Assembly: GCA_029248525.1 (NCBI GenBank)
Contig: JAQWJE010000049.1
Coordinates: 549,836 to 613,835, forward strand
DNA from: Candidatus Binatia bacterium
GTDB lineage: Bacteria; Desulfobacterota; Binatia; UBA12015
Length of the DNA stretch: 64,000 nt
Direction: 5' to 3'
In this document: piece after piece, positions 19,878 to 27,861 of the stretch
Layout of the letters: every line of letters begins with the position of its first letter
Numbering within the stretch: position 1 is the first letter of the stretch
Translations under genes and position numbers: made by a program
The notes under the pieces: generated by a model
Told to the model about the DNA's origin: nothing
The model's database searches: none
Seen by the model: only the letters and a program-made list of their open reading frames with translations

Positions 19878-20359
19878 GGCTCACCTCTCTCGTCTGTCGT
19901 GATTGCCGCAAAGTCGGCCCGAATAACCTCCGCCACCTCGCGGAGAAAAAGCTGTCCGTCCAAAATAATGGTCTGGCTGTCGCCTCGGCGCACCACACCC
20001 CGAATCAGGTGCTGTGGCATCCCGAGTTCGTGAGGGGGTAGGGAGTGAATCTCCCAGGGCGCGAAATGTTGTACGGCAAGAACTTCGTCGACACCGGCTG
20101 CGACTCGCAGGTCGCCTTCGGCGAGAACGATCAGGCTCCGGGGACATTCGTCGCCCGAAGGTTGGCGGTGGAGGAAAGTCGCCAGTGAGATCAGTGGCAG
20201 GATTTCTCCACGCAGATTGAAGGCACCCAGAAGTCCGGCGGGCGCACGTGGAATTTCCGTATACCGCCGTCGCTCGACGACTTCGCCTGCGACCTCGGTA
20301 GAGAACGCGAATTGGGTCTGGTTGCTGCGAAAGAGGCAATGGTCGCCGTGCGCATTCAT
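19856..20359 (-). CDS. cheW: Chemotaxis coupling protein CheW
   Basis: 167-aa CheW-like domain ([19 protein letters not shown]...[20 protein letters not shown]). Confidence 0.85.
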   Translation of the reverse strand: MNAHGDHCLFRSNQTQFAFSTEVAGEVVERRRYTEIPRAPAGLLGAFNLRGEILPLISLATFLHRQPSGDECPRSLIVLAEGDLRVAAGVDEVLAVQHFAPWEIHSLPPHELGMPQHLIRGVVRRGDSQTIILDGQLFLREVAEVIRADFAAITTDERGEPWPLQRN

Positions 20360-21456
20360 AGCTCGATGACCTCGGGCAGACCCGCTTCCGTCGGAGGAGA
20401 GGCTGTTCCTGTCAGGGCGGGAATGGTGTTCAGCGACTCATGGCAGGGCAGATCGGCATCGGCGGGATCCTCGTTCTCGTTGGATCCCAGACGACAGAGG
20501 CAACTGCGTTCCGGAAGTCTCTGCAGGGCCCGGGTCAGCGTTTCATCCGGAGGTCCGTCGAGAAGAAGGACTTCCGGTTGCAGAATCGCGGCGAGGTGGG
20601 GCAGGAGTTCGAAATGGCGGTAGAGGAAAATCCATCTGGATTTTTCGGCCTCGGAGATCTCGCTCTCGAGGGCCTCTGTCACGGATGCTGCCGAGGTCGA
20701 GACCAGAATGCGAGAGGGAACCACTGGAACTCGAAGATATTGTCCCTGCGTGCGGGCGAGGAGCAGGCTCGCCTGACAAAGCGCGGTATGCGCCGCGACG
20801 AGTTCGGCCCCGGGATCGATAATTTGCCCTTGGGGGTTCAGGTGGATGTTCCGAGGGATCCTCTCACGCCGCCGGCGAAGTGTCAGGACTTCAGAGGTCG
20901 CCTTGTCGAGCAGTTCGAGAATGGACTGGTTATCGGTTGTGACGCTTCGTTGGCTGGCCAGCGAGGCGGTCTCCTCCAGCGATTGGAGGAGGTGGCGAAA
21001 CCCGACTTCGACGGACTGCAATCCGCCGCGTTGTGGCGCCGATCTTCCCGGCGCAGGGCGATCGACCCGAGGAGGTGCTGTGTGGCGATTTTCTGCCAAT
21101 GCATGGGAGACAACACTCAGAACAACCTTGGGCTTGAAAGGCTTCGTGATGTAGCTGACGACATTCTGCGCATCCTCGTACGCCTGTCGAATCGAGGTTC
21201 CCTTGGCGGATACCAGCACAACAGGTGTGGATTGCGTGAGCGGAATTTCTTCCAATGCCGCGCAGACGTCGGGCCCCCTCATATCGGGCAGGACGTAGTC
21301 GAGAAGGATGAGCTGCGGATCGAAATTGGCCGCAGCCTCGAGCGCATCTTTCCCGGTAGCCGCGAGTTGAAGATCGTAGCCCTCGGGTTTGAGGATCATC
21401 TCCAACGCGCGTCGAATTGTCAGTGAATCGTCGACGATCAGAATACGAGCGCTCAT
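20356..21456 (-). CDS. Response regulator: N-terminal CheY-like receiver fused to a ~240-aa C-terminal domain of unknown function
   Basis: The REC domain is complete (ILIVDDS...LILLDYVLPDM...YITKPF). The C-terminal half has no recognisable motif. Its ATG overlaps the upstream stop and its stop overlaps the cheW start. Confidence 0.8.
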   Translation of the reverse strand: MSARILIVDDSLTIRRALEMILKPEGYDLQLAATGKDALEAAANFDPQLILLDYVLPDMRGPDVCAALEEIPLTQSTPVVLVSAKGTSIRQAYEDAQNVVSYITKPFKPKVVLSVVSHALAENRHTAPPRVDRPAPGRSAPQRGGLQSVEVGFRHLLQSLEETASLASQRSVTTDNQSILELLDKATSEVLTLRRRRERIPRNIHLNPQGQIIDPGAELVAAHTALCQASLLLARTQGQYLRVPVVPSRILVSTSAASVTEALESEISEAEKSRWIFLYRHFELLPHLAAILQPEVLLLDGPPDETLTRALQRLPERSCLCRLGSNENEDPADADLPCHESLNTIPALTGTASPPTEAGLPEVIEL

Positions 21457-21968
21457 GAATGGCGCTCTCGTACACGCTGCGCAAGGAGGTCGGGAGAAAA
21501 GATCATCAATGGTGTTTCCTCACGAAATTGCAGATGGATTCCGAACGAACCATCGTCCAATCGGGCGAGCGGGACGATCGGGTACGCGCCCAGGTCCTCA
21601 ATGCCGACAAATGTCTCGGCTCCGACAGCGACGGTGCCGATCGTGGTCTGGACCAGCGCGGTCCAACCGTGGGTGCGTGGCCCGGGAGCCGGACGAGCAC
21701 CGCTGATCTCCGTCAGTTCCAGTCGGGGAAAATCTGCAGGGGGCGGCGGTCCATCGGATCGACTCTCGGTATCCGTATGATGAAAAATCCGCGTAACGGT
21801 CCCCATCGCGAGCCCGACCGGGCAGCCTTCGCTTTCCAGGATTACCAACAGATTGTCGGTGGCCAGTTGTTCATCTGCCTCATGCACGCTCACGATTCCC
21901 CCGTGGAAGTTGCCCTGACTGCTTCTTTCCCACTCGCCCTGCGATGCTGGATCGGAAGTCCCCGGCAA
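21453..21968 (-). CDS. Hypothetical protein, first gene of the chemosensory operon (possible degenerate CheW-like domain)
   Basis: 171-aa ORF with a TTG start at 21968 (start uncertain). There is weak resemblance to CheW segments (LLVILESEGCPVGLAMGTVTRI). Coding is supported mainly by the ATGA coupling to the next gene. Confidence 0.35.
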   Translation of the reverse strand: MPGTSDPASQGEWERSSQGNFHGGIVSVHEADEQLATDNLLVILESEGCPVGLAMGTVTRIFHHTDTESRSDGPPPPADFPRLELTEISGARPAPGPRTHGWTALVQTTIGTVAVGAETFVGIEDLGAYPIVPLARLDDGSFGIHLQFREETPLMIFSPDLLAQRVRERHS

Positions 21969-22071
21969 GGACTTGAGCGCTTTCTCGTCTCCGCCGGGAT
22001 GGTCAAGAAGCAGGTCGGGGCGTCCGATGGGAATTTTGTCGGCGTCGGGCCGATGCGGAACGGTTGGAGAA

Positions 22072-23856
22072 TTTATGTACGGAGACCAGGTTGGAGAGGT
22101 TGTTGAGGGCGGCGGGGGCTCGGAGTCGACCAGATTTTTGGTGATCTCGCTCCTGCAGACTCTGGTGCAACTGCCATCGGGGTTTAACGATTCATCCCGC
22201 GATTCGGCTTTCGATTCGGCTCTGTCGGTCCTGCAGGATCGGTTGGGTCTTTCCGGCGTCTATCTTTTGGGGCCGCGCTGCCGCTCGGGACTGGCCGCAG
22301 GAGGGATTCCCGCAGAAGTCGAGGATATTCTTTTTGAGGGGGAAGCTACGGGGGAGTCGCTGTTGGGGCGGGTCTCCAGAGAGCAGCGTATTTTCCTGCT
22401 CGGTCGACGCAGCACCGAGCCCTGCATGAATCGAATCCGCCAGCTGGATCTGGATTGGCAGGCCGTCGCGCTGGTTCCTCTTCGACCAGCATCCGGCGCG
22501 TCGGTAATTTTGGTGCTTGCCGCATCTGACGGCACGCTCCTCTCTCCTGAAATTCTTGCGACCTTGCACCCGGTCTTTCGCTTTATCGCGGGGTCTCTGA
22601 ATCTTTCCGATTCAGGCGAGCCATCGCCCGAGGGAGCGATGCCAGGGGTCGAGGACCTCGAGGTCGAACTCGAGGCGCTTCGATCACGCAACACCGAGGT
22701 GGAGGATCTCCTCCGCGTGGCGGGCGAGGCAACCGCTGCCGGCGAAGCAGGGATGCGGCTCGAGATCGAGGATGCGCGCGTCCAGATCGCGGAGCTGGAG
22801 ACCTCCCTTGCCAGCGCGACAGCGAAGCCCGCGGAGGTTCCCTGCGAAGATTGTATGGTTCTGCGCCGCAAGGCCGCGGCGAACGAGTTACGCATGCAGA
22901 CTCTGGAGCAGGATCTGGCCGAGCTTCGCCTGCTCGCCGATGTCGCGGAAGTCGCTTCTGTTGCGATCGATGCGCCCGCGAACAAGGTGGCGCTCTCTCC
23001 GGTGATTGCTCTCGAGGACGAGCCGGTAGAAGCGGTGGCCCTTGGCGCCATGGCCGAAGCTGCGGTCGCCGAGTTGGCGAGTGTCGCTGAACCCGAGAGG
23101 ATGGATCCGCCAGACGAACTGCCGGGGCCGGTTCTGGTTCCCGAGGCGGCGAAGGTCGCTGGCGCTCCGGAGCCCTGGGTTCTCTGTTGTGCCGAGGGTT
23201 CGCGTCCGATGTTTGAAGAACTCGCCAGATTTGCCGGTGATCAAGCGATGCCGATCTTTTCATCGGAGGATCTCGAAATATCGCCGGGCCGACGCCTCCT
23301 GCTGGTGAACCTGCTCGTGGATGATCCTGCCGAGATAGTTGCGGCGATGGAGGAATCTCACCTTGATCTGCGGCTTCTCGCCTATGCCGCCCGAGGCAAG
23401 AGTGGCGCTGCATTGGGAGAAATTGGATGGTTGGCCTCATCGCTTCCCGCGGAGGAGGCGCTGGCCGAGATCCGAAACCATCATGGGCTGCCGGAACGAA
23501 CACTGCTGGTCAGCGCGCGACTACGCGAAATGGCGCCCCTGCGAGAAGCTCTGACCAATGAAGGGAGTTCGGTGGCCATGGCTTGTGATGCGCGGCAGGC
23601 TCTCGACCTCCTCGAGATTGTCCAGCAACCCGATGCGGTGATCCTCGATTTGGCAGTGGAGGGAGCGGTGACGCTCGCTCTCGCCGCACGCCTCTATCGG
23701 GAAAACCCTTCGACAGGGTTGCAGATTTTCCTCCTCGCGCCGGAGAAGTCGAGGCTGCCGGAGTTTCGCGCCGATACTGCATGGGCCGAGGTTTTGCGCC
23801 CTTTCGGGATCCCCGACCTGCAGCGTTTGATCGCGCCCTGGGCCCGATTGCCCTGA
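22072..23856 (+). CDS. Hypothetical regulatory protein: GAF-like N-terminal domain, Ala/Glu-rich coiled coil, two receiver-like (pseudo-receiver) domains
   Basis: The ORF track gives 21973 (TTG). An ATG at 22072 with GGAGA 5-6 nt upstream is preferred. A GAF-like block (VYLLGP...IFLLGRRS...VALVPL) is followed by heptad-rich AELETSLASATAK...LRMQTLEQDLAELRLLADV. REC-like segments lacking the N-terminal acidic pair follow (LLLVNLLVDDPAEI; AVILDLAVEGAV...FLLAPEKS). Confidence 0.5.
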   Translation, partial: FMYGDQVGEVVEGGGGSESTRFLVISLLQTLVQLPSGFNDSSRDSAFDSALSVLQDRLGLSGVYLLGPRCRSGLAAGGIPAEVEDILFEGEATGESLLGRVSREQRIFLLGRRSTEPCMNRIRQLDLDWQAVALVPLRPASGASVILVLAASDGTLLSPEILATLHPVFRFIAGSLNLSDSGEPSPEGAMPGVEDLEVELEALRSRNTEVEDLLRVAGEATAAGEAGMRLEIEDARVQIAELETSLASATAKPAEVPCEDCMVLRRKAAANELRMQTLEQDLAELRLLADVAEVASVAIDAPANKVALSPVIALEDEPVEAVALGAMAEAAVAELASVAEPERMDPPDELPGPVLVPEAAKVAGAPEPWVLCCAEGSRPMFEELARFAGDQAMPIFSSEDLEISPGRRLLLVNLLVDDPAEIVAAMEESHLDLRLLAYAARGKSGAALGEIGWLASSLPAEEALAEIRNHHGLPERTLLVSARLREMAPLREALTNEGSSVAMACDARQALDLLEIVQQPDAVILDLAVEGAVTLALAARLYRENPSTGLQIFLLAPEKSRLPEFRADTAWAEVLRPFGIPDLQRLIAPWARLP

Positions 23857-23967
23857 AAGAGTTTACGGCTCCGGACCGGGTATCCCTTTGCGCAAGGGCC
23901 TGCCGTTGGTAACCACACCTGAGAGTCTCTGCCGATCCACGGTGGCGACCGAGCAAGTGGGGATCCA

Positions 23968-25311
23968 ATGGCCCAGTCCAAGAAAACGTCCAAAGGCACA
24001 CCATCTGAAGATCGGATGGAGCGAATCGTCAATCTCTGCAAGCGCCGGGGCCTGGTATTCCCCTCCAGCGATATTTACGGGGGGTTGTCGAGTTGCTGGG
24101 ACTACGGTCCGATCGGCGTCGAGCTGAAGCGCAACGTCAAAGAGGCGTGGTGGCGTGATATGGTGTGGGGCCGTGGCGATATTCTGGGGCTCGATTGTTC
24201 GATTCTGATGCACCCCAAGGTGTGGGAGGCCTCGGGCCATATCGACGGATTTACGGACCCTTTGGTGGATTGTCGCAAATGCAAGAAGCGCTACCGCGAA
24301 GACCATCTGGAGGACACGGCGAAATGTCCTGACCCGAAATGTGGCGGGGAACTGACGCCGGCACGCAATTTCAATCTCATGTTCAAGACGTTCATGGGCC
24401 CCGTCGAAGACACCGCCAGTACGGTATTTATGCGACCGGAGACGGCGCAGGGGATGTTCGTGAACTTCTCCAACGTCCTGGACACCCAGCGCGTAAAACT
24501 ACCATTCGGTGTAGCGCAGGTCGGCAAGTCCTTCCGCAACGAAATCACTCCGGGCAACTTCCTTTTCCGCACCCGTGAATTCGAGCAGATGGAGATGGAG
24601 TTCTTCATTGCCCCCGAGGAAGAGGCGCAGTGGTACGAGTATTGGAAGAATGAGAGGTACGATTGGTACCTGCGGAACGGGATCAAGAAAGACAAGCTTC
24701 GCCTTCGGGAACATGAAGCCGACGAGCTGGCGCACTACGCACGTGGGTGCGCGGACGTCGAGTATGAATTCCCTTTCGGTTGGTCCGAACTCGAAGGGAT
24801 TGCCAGCCGAACCGATTATGATCTGGGCAAGCACGCTGAACATAGCGGCAAGGACCTGAGCTATTTCGACGAAGAAAAAAAGGAACGCTACCGTCCTTTC
24901 GTGATTGAGCCCGCCGCCGGAGCGGATCGCGCGACTCTGGCCTTCCTGGTCGATGCCTATGATGAGGACGAGGTCGACGGCGATATTCGCGTCGTTTTAC
25001 GCCTGCATCCCCGTTTGGCGCCGGTGAAAGTGGCGATTCTCCCTCTGTTGCGCAAGCTCGGCCAGCCGGAGAAAGCACGCGAGATCCATGCCCGCCTGCG
25101 GCCGAATATGGTCACGCAATATGATCAATCCGGATCCATCGGGCGCCGCTACCGCCGTCAGGACGAGATTGGCACACCCTTTTGCGTCACCGTCGACCAC
25201 CAATCGATGGAGGACGGTACGGTCACTCTGCGCGATCGAGACGCCCTGACGCAAGACCGGGTTCACGAAGACGATTTGCAGGGCGAGCTGATGAAGCGGC
25301 TCTTCGGCTAG
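23968..25311 (+). CDS. glyQS: Glycine--tRNA ligase (alpha2-type, GlyQS)
   Basis: 447 aa; class II aaRS motifs and a GlyRS anticodon-binding domain (RGLVFPSSDIYGGL...FRNEITPGNFLFRTREFEQMEMEFF). Confidence 0.9.
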   Translation: MAQSKKTSKGTPSEDRMERIVNLCKRRGLVFPSSDIYGGLSSCWDYGPIGVELKRNVKEAWWRDMVWGRGDILGLDCSILMHPKVWEASGHIDGFTDPLVDCRKCKKRYREDHLEDTAKCPDPKCGGELTPARNFNLMFKTFMGPVEDTASTVFMRPETAQGMFVNFSNVLDTQRVKLPFGVAQVGKSFRNEITPGNFLFRTREFEQMEMEFFIAPEEEAQWYEYWKNERYDWYLRNGIKKDKLRLREHEADELAHYARGCADVEYEFPFGWSELEGIASRTDYDLGKHAEHSGKDLSYFDEEKKERYRPFVIEPAAGADRATLAFLVDAYDEDEVDGDIRVVLRLHPRLAPVKVAILPLLRKLGQPEKAREIHARLRPNMVTQYDQSGSIGRRYRRQDEIGTPFCVTVDHQSMEDGTVTLRDRDALTQDRVHEDDLQGELMKRLFG

Positions 25312-26420
25312 ATTTCCGCATCCGCCGATTCCAGCGGCGGGACCGGGAAGCCGAGCATGACAGGTTCGGCCTCGAGTCGGACGCCGAACTGATTTTCCAC
25401 GCCGTCACGGATCGTGCGGGCAAAGGCTAGCAGCTCGTCGGTGCTGCTTCCGCCGTGGTTGATCAACGCCAGAGTATGACGTGAGGAGAGGCCGACTCTG
25501 CCCTCGGTCTGGCCACGTGAAAACCCGCTATGTTCAATCAACCAGGCGGCCGGGATTTTTCGACACCCCGGTGTGGCGGGGAAGGTCGGGATTGTGGACG
25601 TCGGGGCGAGGACCCCCTGCGTGCGAGCATCGACTTCCAGAGCCGCCACCTGCGCCTCCGGCAGGATCGGATTGAGGAAAAACGATCCCGCGCTTCGGTG
25701 GTTCGGGTCTGTGGGGTCGTAGACCATGGATTTGCTGCGACGCAATTCGAGCACGGCCTCACGGCAGGAGGCCAGCGTGATGGGTCCGCGTGCGCGTACC
25801 GCTTGCTCGAGCCCGGGGTAGCGGAGCGCGGGCGCCTGCCGGGATCGCAGGTGTAGAGTGATTCCCGTCACAATCCAACGCTCCGACTCGCGCTTGAGAC
25901 GGCTGTCGCGGTAGGCGAAGGCGAGTTCGTCGGCAGCGAGAGTGGCGGCATGATGGGTGGTCCGGTCGATCACTTGCACCTGGACCAGAGTCTCGGAAAT
26001 CTCCTGACCGTAGGCACCGATATTTTGCAGGGGTGCGGCGCCACAGCGTCCCGGTATGCCCGAGAGGCATTCGATTCCGGAGAGTTCCGCGGTCACGGCG
26101 GCCGCGACGATATCATCCCAGTTTTCGCCGGCAGCGATGCTCCAGACCTCGCCGTCGGCGACCGGCTCTCGTCGAATCCCCCGAGTGCCGATACGCAAGA
26201 CCAGGCCTGCAAGACCGGCATCGGCGACCACGATATTCGAGCCGCCACCGACCGTTGTCAACCGTTGCTTGTTCTGGTCAGCCCAGGCGAGAGCCGCCGG
26301 AATTTCTTCGTCGCGCATCGCCTCGAAAAAATAAGTGGCGGGTCCGCCCAGTTCCAAAGTGGTGCAGTCGCGCAAGGGGATCCCCCGGCGCACGGAAATC
26401 GGTTGCGGGTGCAAGCTCAT
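25308..26420 (-). CDS. murB: UDP-N-acetylenolpyruvoylglucosamine reductase
   Basis: FAD-binding PCMH domain (TTLELGGPATYFFEA...TTVGGGSNIVV) and MurB C-terminal domain. The start at MSLHPQ (ATG complement 26418-26420) overlaps the acyltransferase stop. The upstream 240 codons of the 608-aa ORF are spurious. Confidence 0.85.
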   Translation of the reverse strand: MSLHPQPISVRRGIPLRDCTTLELGGPATYFFEAMRDEEIPAALAWADQNKQRLTTVGGGSNIVVADAGLAGLVLRIGTRGIRREPVADGEVWSIAAGENWDDIVAAAVTAELSGIECLSGIPGRCGAAPLQNIGAYGQEISETLVQVQVIDRTTHHAATLAADELAFAYRDSRLKRESERWIVTGITLHLRSRQAPALRYPGLEQAVRARGPITLASCREAVLELRRSKSMVYDPTDPNHRSAGSFFLNPILPEAQVAALEVDARTQGVLAPTSTIPTFPATPGCRKIPAAWLIEHSGFSRGQTEGRVGLSSRHTLALINHGGSSTDELLAFARTIRDGVENQFGVRLEAEPVMLGFPVPPLESADAEI

Positions 26421-27628
26421 GACTCCTGCCGACGTCGAGCCCAGGCGATCGCGGGGAGCTCGACGTATCGCCGCGACAGCGCCCCTAGTAAAGCCGATCC
26501 GGGTATCACGAGAAGGACCATCTTCAGAAACGAAGCATCTCCCTGGCCACCCGCCCAGCCAAGCGTCTCTCCAAAGAGCAGGATCAGCGGGAAATGCCAG
26601 AGAAAGATTCCGTAGCTCACGTCGCCGAGCCATCGCGCGAGCGGGTTGGCCATCAACCATTGCCCGCGCGGGCTGGCCACGGCACTGAGGGTCATCAGGG
26701 TCGCAAATGCGGCTGCGGGGATAATATCGTCGAGGTATCTTGCGTAGAAAGTCTCGGGGTTTCCGTTCTCCGAGCTTCCGTAGGCCACGATCGACAAGAT
26801 CAGAGCGGTGACACTGACGATCTGTGCCAAGCCGACAGGCGGCAGGCTCTCCGCGCTGCGGCGGCGCCATAGATAGGCAAAGACCAGTGCGCCGGTCATG
26901 CCGAAGGCGAAGTGTGCGGCATACCCGGGGAACTGAGCAGCGAGGCGAGCGCCGCCGCCCGAGCCGATCTGAAATCCCAGCAGCGCTCCGAGGGACGGGA
27001 GGAGATGGCCGCTCATGCGTGTGGCGAGGGCTATCGCGATGCCGAGGACGAGCCCGAGCCGCGGTCGGCGATAATAGAAGCCCGCGATAAGAGGGAGTGC
27101 GGCGTAGAACAGAACCTCGATGGAAAGCGACCACAGGGCCCCATTGACCCCAAAGCCCATGATGGCGTGGCGAAAGCCCAGCTGGCGGATCAGCCAGCTC
27201 GGGGTTTCGTGCTGGAGAAACAAGAAGTGAGATAGCAGAACGGCGAGGCCACCGGTCGCCGTCCAGGGCGAAGGGAAGCGCGTCAGAACCGGCGTGAGGA
27301 AGGATTGGAAGAGCAGGGCGACGTAGTAGGCGGGCGCGATCCGCGCGAAACGTCGCCGGGCATAGTCACCAAGGCGCCCCATCTGTCCGCTGCGGCGGAC
27401 TGCGGGTAGAAAAAGGACGAATCCACTGAGAACGAAGAAGAAATCGACGCCGAGCCCCGTTCCGATCAGGAAATCCCGGAAAGCACCGGCGTCGAGTTTT
27501 GGGTCGGTCATCAGCCAACAATGGAAAATCGTGACCATCAGGGCTGCCAGCCCGCGAAATCCGTCCAGAACAGGAATATGCCCGGGGATTTCCTCATCCG
27601 AGAGCGTATGGGGGTTTTTCGAGGTCAT
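26417..27628 (-). CDS. Acyltransferase family 3 (OafA/YrhL-like membrane O-acyltransferase)
   Basis: IPVLDGFRGLAALMVTIFHCW... with a multi-TM body. The start is MTSKNPH (ATG complement 27626-27628). Confidence 0.8.
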   Translation of the reverse strand: MTSKNPHTLSDEEIPGHIPVLDGFRGLAALMVTIFHCWLMTDPKLDAGAFRDFLIGTGLGVDFFFVLSGFVLFLPAVRRSGQMGRLGDYARRRFARIAPAYYVALLFQSFLTPVLTRFPSPWTATGGLAVLLSHFLFLQHETPSWLIRQLGFRHAIMGFGVNGALWSLSIEVLFYAALPLIAGFYYRRPRLGLVLGIAIALATRMSGHLLPSLGALLGFQIGSGGGARLAAQFPGYAAHFAFGMTGALVFAYLWRRRSAESLPPVGLAQIVSVTALILSIVAYGSSENGNPETFYARYLDDIIPAAAFATLMTLSAVASPRGQWLMANPLARWLGDVSYGIFLWHFPLILLFGETLGWAGGQGDASFLKMVLLVIPGSALLGALSRRYVELPAIAWARRRQES

Positions 27629-27861
27629 GGACTTTGCCGCCAATTCGCAGGAACCAGAGCTGAAGTCCAGCCAGAAAGATTCCTCTCTGCGCCCGCGACC
27701 CCTGCAGGTGGGGACTTCGGGAGCCCGTCTAAATCCGCTCGAGGCCCGGTTTTCCTGCCAGATACCGTGGCGGGTTCGCGGGCGGCTTGGTAGGGAAATG
27801 CGCTTACGGTCTGCGCGAAGCGCGCGATCAGGACCGCATCCGAGAAGGGAATCCAGCGAAA

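Noticed and set aside
21968-21973. Divergent gene starts only 4 bp apart (21968 minus / 21973 plus)
   Set aside because: There is no room for two promoters. Both track starts are TTG. The plus-strand gene more plausibly starts at ATG 22072 (GGAGA upstream), and the minus gene start is uncertain.
25308-27134. 608-aa ORF that looks like a MurB fusion protein
   Set aside because: Only the C-terminal ~370 aa is MurB, starting at MSLHPQ (26420). The N-terminal 240 codons are an open GC-rich frame overlapping the real acyltransferase gene in another frame.
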